Program-made: the position numbers and the translations under genes
From: Bacteroidota bacterium
GTDB lineage: Bacteria; Bacteroidota; Ignavibacteria; Ignavibacteriales; SURF-24
Assembly (NCBI GenBank): GCA_050258935.1
Contig: JBLMZS010000055.1
Span: 344-64,343, forward strand
DNA length: 64,000 nucleotides
Reading direction: 5' to 3'
Notes under the pieces: model-generated
The model's database searches: none
Told to the model about the DNA's origin: nothing
What the model saw: the letters and a program-made list of their open reading frames with translations, nothing else
Shown here: positions 47,626 through 57,473 of the stretch, one piece after another
How the letters are laid out: every line of letters starts with the position of its first letter
Numbering within the stretch: position 1 is the stretch's first letter

Positions 47626-48831
47626 ATGACGAATATCTTATCGGGTAAAAAAATACTGCTCGGAGTGACGGGCGGAATTGCAGCCTACAAATCTTGTCTG
47701 CTGCTCAGGGAACTGGTTAAAATGGGTGCAGAGGTGAGAGTGCTGATGACCCCGTCGGCGTGTAAGTTTGTAGCGCCACTGACCTTTTCCACATTGTCAG
47801 GACACGAAGTAAAGATAGATATTTTCCCTGAAAACGGAGCATCATTTACAGGCACCTGGCACATCGATTATGGCGTATGGGCCGATCTGATGATCATCGC
47901 TCCTGCCACCGTTAATACGATCGCAAAAATTGCAAACGGGATGACCGATAATGCTCTTACCACTGTTGTTGCTGCGCTGCGCGGAAAACTGATAGTGGCG
48001 CCGGCAGCCGACTGCGATATGTACTCCAAAACCGTTACCGGCCTGAACATAAAAAAACTTGAAGATCTCTATGGTGCCTTCATAGTTGAAGCTGAAGAAG
48101 GTGAACTGGCCAGCGGGCTGAAAGGTAAGGGGCGGATGGCCGATATAGAAAAGATAGTTTCGGCAGCACTTCTTGTGACTTCTGAGTTTTCGCGTGATCT
48201 GACTGGAAAACGAATACTGATTACCGCAGGTCCGACTTTTGAGGATATCGATCCGGTAAGGTTTATCGGAAACCGTTCTTCCGGAAAAATGGGATTCAGT
48301 ATTGCCCGGGCCGCATACCTCAGGGGGGCGGAAGTCACACTGATATCAGGCCCTGTGAGCATATCGTCGTATCCCGAGATAAAACTTCTTAAAGTCCGCA
48401 GTGCCGAAGACATGAAACATGCTGTCGATGAGTGTCTTCCTGATAATGACTGGCTGATCATGTCTGCAGCTGTTGCCGATTACTGTCCTGAAAATGTTGC
48501 TGCCTCTAAAATAAAAAAAGAAGACAATTTTCTCTCCATACCGCTGAAGAAAACTACCGACATACTTTCTTCCATATCAAAGGAAGATAAACTTATAGCA
48601 GGATTTGCACTGGAAACAGATAATGAATTTGAGAATGCAAAGCTGAAACTGCACAATAAGGGGCTCGATATGATAGTTCTCAATTCACTGAACGACGAGG
48701 GTGCCGGATTTGAGTTTGAGACAAATAAAATTACGGTTATTTCCAGGACAGGAGAAATAAGAAAATATCCCCTCGTAGAAAAATTCATTGCTGCTAATTA
48801 TATCCTTTCAGAATTAAAAATACTTTGTTAA
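47626..48831 (+). CDS. coaBC: Bifunctional phosphopantothenoylcysteine decarboxylase / phosphopantothenate-cysteine ligase
   Basis: 401 aa, with the flavoprotein N-domain (LLGVTGGIAAYK) and the CoaB domain (ITAGPTFEDIDPVRFIGNRSSGKMG). Confidence 0.92.
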   Translation: MTNILSGKKILLGVTGGIAAYKSCLLLRELVKMGAEVRVLMTPSACKFVAPLTFSTLSGHEVKIDIFPENGASFTGTWHIDYGVWADLMIIAPATVNTIAKIANGMTDNALTTVVAALRGKLIVAPAADCDMYSKTVTGLNIKKLEDLYGAFIVEAEEGELASGLKGKGRMADIEKIVSAALLVTSEFSRDLTGKRILITAGPTFEDIDPVRFIGNRSSGKMGFSIARAAYLRGAEVTLISGPVSISSYPEIKLLKVRSAEDMKHAVDECLPDNDWLIMSAAVADYCPENVAASKIKKEDNFLSIPLKKTTDILSSISKEDKLIAGFALETDNEFENAKLKLHNKGLDMIVLNSLNDEGAGFEFETNKITVISRTGEIRKYPLVEKFIAANYILSELKILC

Positions 48832-48832
48832 A

Positions 48833-49714
48833 TTGATGCAGAATACGATTGCTGAACTTATAGAGGCGTTAAAAGACCAGCGCAGCGTATTCGGTGAGCT
48901 GATGCTTGACAGGGGAGTACTCCCGGAAGTCTCCTCAGATACTCTGCCGGTTTCATCATCTTCTGCCGGAGTACATGCTCGCGGTGTTGCTGACATTTCA
49001 ACCGGAGTCTATGCTTCTGCTGCCAGCGCGGCGGCGGGCGGTAACCAGACGCATTTACCGGCAGGCTTTGCGGGGCCCAATGATTACAATATCGAGGTAC
49101 CGGTTATGGAACAACTTAGCACTGACCAGAGCTCTGAATTTGCAGGCCATAAGGCCGCGGATCTGGATGAACTGAGACAGATCATGCTTGACTGCCATTT
49201 ATGTCCGCTCGAGAAAACCAGAAATTCTCTCGTATTCGGTAAGGGGAACCCTAAAGCAAAAGTAATGATAATCGGGGAAGCTCCCGGTGCCGATGAGGAC
49301 CGCCAGGGCGAACCGTTTGTCGGCAGGGCGGGAAAACTGCTAACAGATATTCTCAAGGCCATAAACTTTACGCGCGAAGAGGTATATATCACTAATATAC
49401 TCAAGTGCAGACCTCCCGGCAACCGCAACCCTCTTCCGGGAGAAATGCAGGTCTGCATGCCATATCTGCGCAAACAAATAGAACTTATTCAGCCCAGACT
49501 GATCCTCTGTCTGGGACTCATTGCCGCCGGCGGTGTACTCAATCTGAAACAGACACTTACAAAGATGCGCGGCAATATATATCAGCTCGGAAACATAAGC
49601 GTCATGGTTACATACCATCCGGCAGCCCTGCTGAGAAATCCCGAGTGGAAACGGGGGGCATGGGAAGACGTTCAGAAATTCAGAAAACTATACGATGACA
49701 TGATGGCAGGATAA
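48833..49714 (+). CDS. Uracil-DNA glycosylase, family 4, with an N-terminal extension of about 100 aa
   Basis: CHLCPL and GEAPGADEDRQGEPFVGRAGKLL are present, and HPAALLRN lies near the C-terminus. The Ser/Ala-rich N-terminal region has no recognisable domain. The start is 1 nt after the coaBC stop. Confidence 0.78.
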   Translation: MMQNTIAELIEALKDQRSVFGELMLDRGVLPEVSSDTLPVSSSSAGVHARGVADISTGVYASAASAAAGGNQTHLPAGFAGPNDYNIEVPVMEQLSTDQSSEFAGHKAADLDELRQIMLDCHLCPLEKTRNSLVFGKGNPKAKVMIIGEAPGADEDRQGEPFVGRAGKLLTDILKAINFTREEVYITNILKCRPPGNRNPLPGEMQVCMPYLRKQIELIQPRLILCLGLIAAGGVLNLKQTLTKMRGNIYQLGNISVMVTYHPAALLRNPEWKRGAWEDVQKFRKLYDDMMAG

Positions 49715-49716
49715 AT

Positions 49717-52188
49717 ATGAGTTTTGACAATAAAGACGAGAGTCATAAAGAAATAGATATAAAGGAACTGAAAGCGGCTTCCGTACAGCCACCCTCGGCT
49801 CCCGAAGTGGAAATGGCCGTGCTGGCTGCTATGCTGATAGAAAAGGAGGCAGTACCCAAGGGAATCGAGCTTCTGACACCGGAATCGTTTTACCTGAAGG
49901 AAAACAAACTGATATTCGAAGCGATGAGATCGCTGTTCGAAGCCAATGAGCCGGTAGATACTGTTACTCTGTATGAAGAGCTGAAAAGAAACGGGCAGAT
50001 AGAACAGGCAGGAGGCGCCCAGTATCTCAGCCGTCTGTCACAGAATATTTCATCTGCGGCCAATATAGAATACCACGCTAAGATAGTCCTCGAAAAACAT
50101 ATACTCCGTAGTCTCATATCTGCATCCATGGAAATCGCAAAATCCGCCTATGAAGGTTCTGATGATGCATTTGACCTGCTGGATGATGCTGAAAGAAAAA
50201 TTTTCCAGATCACAGAAGAACATCTGAAAAAGTCTTACTCTCAGATGGACAAGGTGGTCAGGGATGCTATGGAATATATCGAGATGATACATTCCAAAAA
50301 ACAGCAGAGTTTTGCGGTGCCTACCGGGTTTTACCTGCTCGACGATATGCTGGGCGGATTCCAGAAATCCGATCTTGTAATCATCGCCGCCAGACCCTCC
50401 ATGGGCAAATGCCTTGGTAAAGGCACTCCCGTGTTGATGTACGACGGTTCTGTAAAACCCGTCGAGGAAATTAAGGCCGGTGATCAGTTAATGGGTGATG
50501 ATTCACTGCCGCGTAACGTGTTGTCTCTTGCGCGCGGGAAAGAAATGATGTACTGGGTGCGGCAAAAACACGGTATGGATTACAGGGTCAATGAAAGCCA
50601 TATACTATCGCTCAGGCGCAGCAGGAATGAAGGTATGCACTGCAACGGCGAAGTGGTGAATATAGAAGTTCGTGATTATCTTGAAAAATCCCCAAAGTGG
50701 AAGACAAATTTCAAGGGATATAAAGTTGCAATCGATTTTCCATATCAGGATGTTCCTGCCGATCCGTATCTTTTAGGATTGTGGCTTGGAGACGGGAAAT
50801 CGGACGGCGCCCGGATCTATTCACAGGATGAAGAGATTGTCGAATATTTTAAGGAGTATGCAGAAGAACATAATCTCAGAGTTTCGGTGTATAGTGAAAG
50901 AGATAAATGCCCGGCATATACTTTAACCGGCGGCTCTTCTCAGGAGGCCAGAAATAATTCATTCCAGTCCTGCCTCCGTGGACTTGGCGTTCTGAATAAT
51001 AAGCATATTCCTCAGGTCTATCTGATCAATAACCGCAGTATAAGAATGCAGCTGTTAGCTGGATTGATTGACAGTGACGGTTACGTCAATAAAGAATATG
51101 GTGATACTGTTGAGATTACCAGCAAATCCGAAGATATGGCAAAGCAGATAAAGTTCCTGTGCGATACTCTCGGATTCAGAACTTCAATAAATTCAAAGAA
51201 GGCTGTAATCTCATCTATTGGATTTGAAAGTACGGTCTGGAGGGTAAGATTTAACGGTAATATTGACGAGATTCCTGTCAGGATCGCCAGGAAACATGGA
51301 AAGGCTTGGACGGACAGCAGAAACTGGCAGGTAACGGGTATCGAGGTGGTCCCGGATAAAATAGATGATTATTATGGATTTGAGATAGACGGAAACCACT
51401 TATTCCTTCTGGGTGACTGCACTGTTACACATAATACTGCGTTCGCGCTGTCTCTGGCCAGAAATGCTGCTATCGACCATAAAGTACCGATTGCAATTTT
51501 CAGCCTTGAAATGGCCACCATACAGATGGTCATACGTATGCTTTGCGCTGAGGCCAGACTGAATGCACACCTTGTCAGGACCGGAAAACTTCCTATGGAG
51601 GATGCGCATAAACTGAGTAAGAACATTCACCGGCTGAGCGAAGCGCCTATTTACATAGACGATTCACCGTCACAGACTATACTTGAGATACGCGCCAAAG
51701 CCAGAAGACTGAAGGCCGAGAAAAAGATCGGCATGATCATGATAGATTACCTCCAGCTGATGAATGCTTCCTCTAAAATGGAAAGCCGCGAAAGGGAAAT
51801 ATCTCATATCTCAAGATCACTGAAAGCGCTCGCAAAGGAACTGAATATTCCTGTTATTGCTCTTGCCCAGCTCAACCGTGCCGTTGAATCCAGACCGGAT
51901 AAACGTCCTATGCTGTCTGATCTTCGTGAGTCCGGTTCAATTGAACAGGATGCTGACGTGGTGATGTTTATACACCGCCCCGAATACTATGGAATTAAAC
52001 AGGATCCTGATGGCACCAGCCTGGAAGGCATAGCTGAGATTATAGTAGGCAAGCAGAGAAACGGTCCTACCGGCGACGTCCGTTTGAGATTTATGAGGGA
52101 TTATGCCCGGTTTGAAAATGCCGAGACCGTTCACCTGATAGAAGAAGCAAACGTTCAACCAAGCGTAGAGGAGGATTTCCCCATATGA
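49717..52188 (+). CDS. dnaB: Replicative DNA helicase DnaB, intein-containing precursor
   Basis: It has the N-terminal domain (PPSAPEVEMAVLAAML..., GGAQYLSRL). The Walker A motif AARPSMGK|...|TAFAL is split by an insert. The C-terminal RecA-like blocks are present (IDYLQLM, LAQLNRAVESR, SGSIEQDADVVMFIHR). Confidence 0.95.
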   Translation: MSFDNKDESHKEIDIKELKAASVQPPSAPEVEMAVLAAMLIEKEAVPKGIELLTPESFYLKENKLIFEAMRSLFEANEPVDTVTLYEELKRNGQIEQAGGAQYLSRLSQNISSAANIEYHAKIVLEKHILRSLISASMEIAKSAYEGSDDAFDLLDDAERKIFQITEEHLKKSYSQMDKVVRDAMEYIEMIHSKKQQSFAVPTGFYLLDDMLGGFQKSDLVIIAARPSMGKCLGKGTPVLMYDGSVKPVEEIKAGDQLMGDDSLPRNVLSLARGKEMMYWVRQKHGMDYRVNESHILSLRRSRNEGMHCNGEVVNIEVRDYLEKSPKWKTNFKGYKVAIDFPYQDVPADPYLLGLWLGDGKSDGARIYSQDEEIVEYFKEYAEEHNLRVSVYSERDKCPAYTLTGGSSQEARNNSFQSCLRGLGVLNNKHIPQVYLINNRSIRMQLLAGLIDSDGYVNKEYGDTVEITSKSEDMAKQIKFLCDTLGFRTSINSKKAVISSIGFESTVWRVRFNGNIDEIPVRIARKHGKAWTDSRNWQVTGIEVVPDKIDDYYGFEIDGNHLFLLGDCTVTHNTAFALSLARNAAIDHKVPIAIFSLEMATIQMVIRMLCAEARLNAHLVRTGKLPMEDAHKLSKNIHRLSEAPIYIDDSPSQTILEIRAKARRLKAEKKIGMIMIDYLQLMNASSKMESREREISHISRSLKALAKELNIPVIALAQLNRAVESRPDKRPMLSDLRESGSIEQDADVVMFIHRPEYYGIKQDPDGTSLEGIAEIIVGKQRNGPTGDVRLRFMRDYARFENAETVHLIEEANVQPSVEEDFPI
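50410..51435 (+). mobile_element. Intein (342 aa) with LAGLIDADG homing-endonuclease domain inserted in the DnaB P-loop
   Basis: It begins with Cys (CLGKGTPVLMYDG) and ends ...LGDCTVTHN, followed by Thr (+1). It has two LAGLIDADG-type blocks (LLGLWLGDGKSDG and LLAGLIDSDGYV). Removing it restores GKT in Walker A and leaves a DnaB of 481 aa. Confidence 0.88.
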
Positions 52189-53042
52189 AAAAACTGATAA
52201 TATTACTGTCAATATTTACTGCAATGCATATATCAATGATTGCCCAGACTGTTTACCTGCCAGAGGATTCGCTGATATGCAGCTCCAAGTTTCAGGTATC
52301 CGTAAACAAAGGACTCGCTGTGCTTCCGCTGAACGATGTTATTGCCGAAGTTGGAAAGACCTTTCTCGGGGTAGACTACGTGGCTCATTCACTCGAGACA
52401 CCCGGTGATGAACAGCTCGTGCTGAACCTGAGAGGTGTAGACTGTACTACATTCCTTGAAAATGCCCTGGTGCTTTCAAGGTGCATAAAGATGAACAGGA
52501 TAAGCTGGGAAGACTACAAGGCTGAACTTACAAAAGTAAGGTACAGGGATGGCATTATCGACCATTATCCGTCAAGACTCCACTATTTTTCTGACTGGAT
52601 ATTCAACAACTCAGGGAAAGGAATTGTTAAGGATGTGACAAAAGAAATTGGCGGCACTCCTGTACGCTTTAATGTAAATATTATGAGCAGGAATCCTGAT
52701 AAATACAAGCAGCTCGATGGAAATGGCGAATACCTGAAAAAAATACTGAGCCAGGAAAAGGAGATTTCCGCGCGTGATTATTATTATATTCCGAAGTCTC
52801 AGATCAAGGATATTGAATCAAAAATTGGGAACGGATACCTGATCGCAATTACTACAAATATCGAAGGAGCAGACATCGCCCATGTCGGCATAGCAGTAAA
52901 AATGAAGGACGGCAGGATTCACTTCATGCATGCTCCGCTTGCAGGTGCCAAGGTCCAGATTACTGAAAAACCAATTGATGAATATCTGGCAAAAAACAGC
53001 AAACAGACAGGAATTGTTGTGCTGAAACCACTCGAACCATAA
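52185..53042 (+). CDS. DUF1460-like (N-acetylmuramoyl-L-alanine amidase-like) secreted protein
   Basis: 285 aa with a signal peptide. The GVDCTTFLENALVLSR block matches my memory of DUF1460. The start overlaps the dnaB stop (ATGA). Confidence 0.55.
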   Translation: MKKLIILLSIFTAMHISMIAQTVYLPEDSLICSSKFQVSVNKGLAVLPLNDVIAEVGKTFLGVDYVAHSLETPGDEQLVLNLRGVDCTTFLENALVLSRCIKMNRISWEDYKAELTKVRYRDGIIDHYPSRLHYFSDWIFNNSGKGIVKDVTKEIGGTPVRFNVNIMSRNPDKYKQLDGNGEYLKKILSQEKEISARDYYYIPKSQIKDIESKIGNGYLIAITTNIEGADIAHVGIAVKMKDGRIHFMHAPLAGAKVQITEKPIDEYLAKNSKQTGIVVLKPLEP

Positions 53043-53060
53043 GCCGCTCAAGGCGGGAAG

Positions 53061-53095
53061 TTCTCAGTGTTCAGTTCTTAGTTCTCAGTTATCAG
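53061..53095 (+). repeat. Five tandem heptamers (TTCTCAG TGTTCAG TTCTTAG TTCTCAG TTATCAG) after a GGCGGGAAG element
   Basis: They are preceded by GCCGCtcaagGCGGGAAG at 53043-53060. The array begins 19 nt after the DUF1460 stop. Confidence 0.8.
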
Positions 53096-53113
53096 TTAAC
53101 TGAGAACTAAGAA
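53075..53113. terminator. Perfect 17-bp hairpin between convergent DUF1460 and nfo genes
   Basis: TTCTTAGTTCTCAGTTA-tcagt-TAACTGAGAACTAAGAA. The right arm overlaps the nfo stop codon (comp 53107-53109). Confidence 0.6.
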
Positions 53114-53979
53114 TCAATCAGTTCTACAAGCTTTTCAATATTTACCAGGTCTTCGGCTTGTCCCTTGGTTTTGGGTGTCTCGAGTATCATAGGGATGCCT
53201 GTCAGTCTTTCATCGTTCATGATATTCCTGAATCCTTCCGGACCAATATAACCCTGGCCAATATGCTCGTGCCTGTCAATGCGGCTTCCCAGTTCTTTCT
53301 TGCTGTCATTGACATGGATACACTTCAGCAGACCGAGGCCTATGATTTCGTCGAATTCCTTCATGGTTTTCTCATAAGCCTTTTCAGACCGCAGGTCATA
53401 GCCGGCTGCAAATATATGTGCAGTATCAATGCATACGCTGATTCTGTCCTTCTCCTCCACCAGTTCATATATTCTGTGAACGTGTTCAAATTTGCATCCT
53501 ATAGCGCTGCCCTGGCCGGCAGTAAGTTCAATCATGCTTTTGACGGAAAATCCGGCGGTTCTGGAATGAAGTATATTGAGGGATTCAGCTGCTAACTTCA
53601 GTGCATCGTCTTCCGCCTGACCTTTGGCGCTGCCCGGATGGAAATTCAGGTATTCAATTCCCAGCTGCTCGCACCTGTTCAGTTCGTCATAAAATGCATC
53701 ACGTGACTTCTGGAGCAGTTCCTTGTCCGCAGCACAAAGGTTGATCAGGTATGAATCGTGTGCTATTACAGGGGCGATGTTTGTCTCTGAAAGTTTATTT
53801 TTATAAATTTCCGTCTGTTCTTCGGAAAGGGGATCGCAATACCAGCGGTTAGAATTTTTTGTGAATATCTGCATTGTAGCGAATCCCAGGCTTTGGGCCA
53901 GATCCACTGCACACGGAATTCCTCCTGCCACTGATGTATGTGCTCCCAGTATATGTCTGCGCTTCTTTTTTTGCGGCAT
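53107..53979 (-). CDS. nfo: Deoxyribonuclease IV (endonuclease IV)
   Basis: LGAHTSVAGG, NFHPGS, CIDTAHIFAAGYD and IHVNDSK are present. I chose the start at MPQKKKRRH (comp 53977-53979) over the longer track ORF. Confidence 0.9.
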   Translation of the reverse strand: MPQKKKRRHILGAHTSVAGGIPCAVDLAQSLGFATMQIFTKNSNRWYCDPLSEEQTEIYKNKLSETNIAPVIAHDSYLINLCAADKELLQKSRDAFYDELNRCEQLGIEYLNFHPGSAKGQAEDDALKLAAESLNILHSRTAGFSVKSMIELTAGQGSAIGCKFEHVHRIYELVEEKDRISVCIDTAHIFAAGYDLRSEKAYEKTMKEFDEIIGLGLLKCIHVNDSKKELGSRIDRHEHIGQGYIGPEGFRNIMNDERLTGIPMILETPKTKGQAEDLVNIEKLVELIDS

Positions 53980-54041
53980 ATCAAATAAAATTATTGTATA
54001 ATTCTGAATTATTAAAGCACCCGAAAAATAAGAAACACAAT

Positions 54042-55229
54042 ATGCAAAAGCTATTCGAACTGTCAAACAGGAAAAAAAAACTGGTAATCGGTATTATGTC
54101 GGGCACTTCTTTAGATGGAGTGGATCTGGCGCTGGTGGAGATAAATGGGTGTTCAGCAGATACTTCATTCAGACTTATAGAGTATCTGGAGTATCCTTTT
54201 CCTGAAGGTTTTAAAGAGCTGGTAATAAAGAATTCCTCAGCTTTGGCAAGCAGTGTGGAAGATATCTGCAGACTCAATTTTCTCATTCCTCAGATCTACT
54301 GTGACGGAATTGCTGCACTTACAAAAAAGAGCGGTATAAAACTGCAGGACATAGATCTGATAGGGAGCCATGGACAGACAATCCATCATCTTCCAGAACC
54401 GCACCGCATGTTCGGATATGATGTGAGATCTACGCTGCAGATCGGTGACCCTTCCGTAATCGCAAAGCTTACCGGCATAATTACAGTCGGTGACTTTCGT
54501 GTGGATGATATTGCGCTGAACGGACAGGGTGCTCCGCTGGTTCCTTATTTTGATTATATTACATTCCGCTCCAGAGATGTCAGCAGAGCACTGCTGAATA
54601 TCGGCGGCATATCCAATTTTTCGATAATACCTGCATCTGCCGGTATAGGCGAGATAATGGCATTTGATACCGGACCCGGAAATATGATAATTGATGCATT
54701 GGCCAGACATTATTATTCTGTACCGTATGATGAGGGCGGAGTCCATGCTCTTAATGGCAGTATCAGGCCTGATATACTGGAATACATGAAAGATAAAGAC
54801 GGCTATATTGAAAAGGCACCTCCCAAATCGACAGGGCGCGAGCTGTATGGTGAGTCATATATATATGAACTGCTGAACAGTTTTCCCGATGCTTCAGCTG
54901 AAGATATGCTGGCGGCTGCAGCTGAATTTACTGCATATGCGGTCTACAGGAATTATGAGAAATTCATACTGCCTCACACCAGAATAGATGAGCTGATTAT
55001 CAGCGGCGGGGGAGCAAGGAATGAATATATAGTTTCGGCACTTGCAAGATATTTCGGCAAAGGTGTCAAACTGATGGATGCACAGCAGACAGGGGTCTCA
55101 TCAGATGCGAAAGAAGCAATATGCTTTGCAATACTTGCAAATGAACTCCTCTCAGAGCAGTGTGCCAATGTCCCGGCTGTGACCGGGGCATCCAGGCCGG
55201 CGTTGCTTGGCAAGATTTGCCTTCCATAG
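54042..55229 (+). CDS. anmK: Anhydro-N-acetylmuramic acid kinase
   Basis: The N-terminus VIGIMSGTSLDGVDLALVEI is present, in a protein of about 395 aa. I chose ATG 54042, because the longer track ORF would overlap nfo. Confidence 0.88.
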   Translation: MQKLFELSNRKKKLVIGIMSGTSLDGVDLALVEINGCSADTSFRLIEYLEYPFPEGFKELVIKNSSALASSVEDICRLNFLIPQIYCDGIAALTKKSGIKLQDIDLIGSHGQTIHHLPEPHRMFGYDVRSTLQIGDPSVIAKLTGIITVGDFRVDDIALNGQGAPLVPYFDYITFRSRDVSRALLNIGGISNFSIIPASAGIGEIMAFDTGPGNMIIDALARHYYSVPYDEGGVHALNGSIRPDILEYMKDKDGYIEKAPPKSTGRELYGESYIYELLNSFPDASAEDMLAAAAEFTAYAVYRNYEKFILPHTRIDELIISGGGARNEYIVSALARYFGKGVKLMDAQQTGVSSDAKEAICFAILANELLSEQCANVPAVTGASRPALLGKICLP

Positions 55230-55335
55230 AAAAATTGCCTGATTAATAAATAATATAAAATTTTGTGGATAATTTAAGTTCTAAGTTTTATATTGTTAAA
55301 AACATGCAACATTTATCAATTTAAGGAGACAATAC

Positions 55336-55929
55336 ATGGCAATTATACTACCTGACCTGCCATATGCTAAGGATGCTCTTGAACCGCACGTCAGTGCGCG
55401 TACACTGGAATTTCACCATGATAAACACCACAATACATATGTTGTAAACACAAACAAGCTGATCGAGAATACTGATCTGGCAGACGCAGATCTCGAGACG
55501 ATAATTGAGAAGACCTACGGGGATTCGTCAAAAATAGGGATTTTCAACAATGCAGCACAGGTATGGAATCACACTTTCTACTGGAACTGCATGAAACCCA
55601 ACGGGGGAGGAAAACCTACAGGGGAGATTGCCGGAAGAATCGAAAAAGATTTCGGCAGTTATGAAAAATTTGTAGAGGAACTGAAAAATGCCGGAGCCAC
55701 TCAGTTCGGTTCCGGATGGGCTTGGCTGATTGACAACGGCGGAAAGCTGGAAATCATAAAAACAGCCAATGCTGATACACCGGTTGCCAGGGGACTTAAA
55801 CCGCTGCTGACAGTTGATGTCTGGGAGCATGCGTACTATCTGGATTACCAGAACCGCCGTCCTGACTATCTGACCACATTTACTGAAAAACTTATCAACT
55901 GGGATTTTGTGAATTCCAATCTAAAATAA
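55336..55929 (+). CDS. sodB: Fe/Mn superoxide dismutase (Fe-type features)
   Basis: LPDLPYAKDALEPHVSARTLEFHHDKHH, AAQVWNHTFYW and DVWEHAYYLDYQNRR are present. SD AAGGAG lies upstream. Confidence 0.92.
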   Translation: MAIILPDLPYAKDALEPHVSARTLEFHHDKHHNTYVVNTNKLIENTDLADADLETIIEKTYGDSSKIGIFNNAAQVWNHTFYWNCMKPNGGGKPTGEIAGRIEKDFGSYEKFVEELKNAGATQFGSGWAWLIDNGGKLEIIKTANADTPVARGLKPLLTVDVWEHAYYLDYQNRRPDYLTTFTEKLINWDFVNSNLK

Positions 55930-55945
55930 AGTATGGACCTCTGTG

Positions 55946-55973
55946 CAGTATGGCACCTTAAGGCGCCATACTG
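55946..55973 (+). terminator. Terminator hairpin after sodB
   Basis: CAGTATGGCACC-ttaa-GGCGCCATACTG forms a 12-bp stem with one mismatch, followed by a T-rich tail. Confidence 0.6.
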
Positions 55974-56048
55974 TACTTTATTCAGCAATACGATTTAGCT
56001 TTTTTCATCTATCGGCCTTTTATTAAACAATAATTACCGGGAGTTCTT

Positions 56049-56762
56049 ATGAAAAAGTTGCTCATATCATCTCTATTTGCTGTATTGATTACCATCCTCT
56101 GCACTTCGCAATCATTTGCCCAGTTCCGTATGAGTCTCGGTCCGGAAATGGGAATGAACTTCAACATTCACACCGGCTCGGATCTTTCTGAAAGCGGAAC
56201 CGGAATTGGGCTCGTGATCGGCGGACAGGTGGATATGGATTTTACACAGACGATCGGACTTGTGACATCTATGCAGTTTTATGACAACCGGAGTGGTTCG
56301 ACTACTCAGGAATCGTCAAAGCAGTACCAGGATAACCAGGGTAACCCGGTAACAAGTACTGTCAGCACTGAAAATTCTGCCAGTCTCGCCTATTTCATGA
56401 TAGAACCTCTGTTCAAACTAAAACTGCCAGGCAGCGGATTATATTTCCTCGCAGGCCCGAGTATAGGCTTCAATATTGAAGGCACGGGTGAGATGGAGTC
56501 GACTGAAACTCTGCCGTCTCCCTATACCTGGGATGGACAGTCCAATAAAAGAACCCTCGCCAAGAGTAAGGGATCTATGAAGGATCTCCTGGCCAGGTTT
56601 GAACTTAAATTCGGAAGCGGATATAATATTCCTGTAAGCAACAGTATTTACCTTTTCCCTCAGCTGACTTTTGGTTACGGTATTACAAAGGTACAGTCCG
56701 ATGTGTCCTGGAGAATACTGACTATTCAGGCATTATTTGGAGTTAAGTTCAGACTTATATAA
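56049..56762 (+). CDS. Small outer-membrane beta-barrel protein
   Basis: 237 aa with a signal peptide (…CTSQSFAQ) and alternating hydrophobic beta-strand patterns. The C-terminus is aromatic (...FGVKFRLI). Confidence 0.55.
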   Translation: MKKLLISSLFAVLITILCTSQSFAQFRMSLGPEMGMNFNIHTGSDLSESGTGIGLVIGGQVDMDFTQTIGLVTSMQFYDNRSGSTTQESSKQYQDNQGNPVTSTVSTENSASLAYFMIEPLFKLKLPGSGLYFLAGPSIGFNIEGTGEMESTETLPSPYTWDGQSNKRTLAKSKGSMKDLLARFELKFGSGYNIPVSNSIYLFPQLTFGYGITKVQSDVSWRILTIQALFGVKFRLI

Positions 56763-56811
56763 ATTTAACAGTATCTAATTTCTCAAACCGCGATTTCTCA
56801 AGGAGAGTACT

Positions 56812-57441
56812 GTGAAAAAAACTATTTTTCTTCTGATGACATCTGTAATGATCTTGTCCGGAAGCCTGCATGCCCAGATGCTTAGAATAGGTCCCGGAGC
56901 GGGCGTAAATATGATAAAAACTCCGGATCATTATACCAAGGAGGCGCCGGCAGGACTCGGTTTCGGCGATGAATTTGCTGCTGGTCTCAAGGCAAAATTC
57001 AGCATTCCGCTGCTGCCGTTGAGGATAACCGGTCAGGCTTTTTACACTAAACTGAAGTCGGAATCAGATGCAAATATTGCCGGAAAAAACTATAACATCG
57101 GATATTCTTCCAGTATTTTTTCACTCGGTGTGGGTGCTGAAATGAGCCTGATTCCCGGACCTGTTTCTCCTTACCTGGGCGTGGAACTGCTGATTAATTC
57201 CTTCGGCGAGCTGAAGGTTGACAGCGGTAATGAAGTGATTGGACAATCCGGCAAAAGCACCGACGGATTCTCAAGGTTCGGACTTGGTTTGGGTGCAGGC
57301 GTTGAATTTACACTCCTTCCGAAGGTCGATATTGATGTCTCGGCCAAATATAACCTCAACAATATGATCGGCAAGGAATCGGGAGAGGAAAACATTAATT
57401 CTCTGCAGATATCCGGCACTCTGCTGTTCGGTATTTTTTAG
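56812..57441 (+). CDS. Small outer-membrane beta-barrel protein
   Basis: 209 aa with a signal peptide (…SGSLHAQ), a Gly-rich amphipathic strand pattern and a C-terminus of ...GTLLFGIF. The GTG start has SD AGGAG. Confidence 0.55.
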   Translation: MKKTIFLLMTSVMILSGSLHAQMLRIGPGAGVNMIKTPDHYTKEAPAGLGFGDEFAAGLKAKFSIPLLPLRITGQAFYTKLKSESDANIAGKNYNIGYSSSIFSLGVGAEMSLIPGPVSPYLGVELLINSFGELKVDSGNEVIGQSGKSTDGFSRFGLGLGAGVEFTLLPKVDIDVSAKYNLNNMIGKESGEENINSLQISGTLLFGIF

Positions 57442-57473
57442 CAGTGATCGGTGAGTAAACGGAGAATTTTGAT

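Noticed and set aside
53934-54066. Long N-terminal extensions of the nfo and anmK track ORFs, which would make the divergent genes overlap by about 130 nt.
   Set aside because: Both extensions are hydrophobic nonsense that precedes the conserved N-termini (MPQKKKRRHILGAHTS and MQKL...IGIMSGTSLDG). The internal ATGs give normal protein lengths and a 62-nt divergent promoter region.
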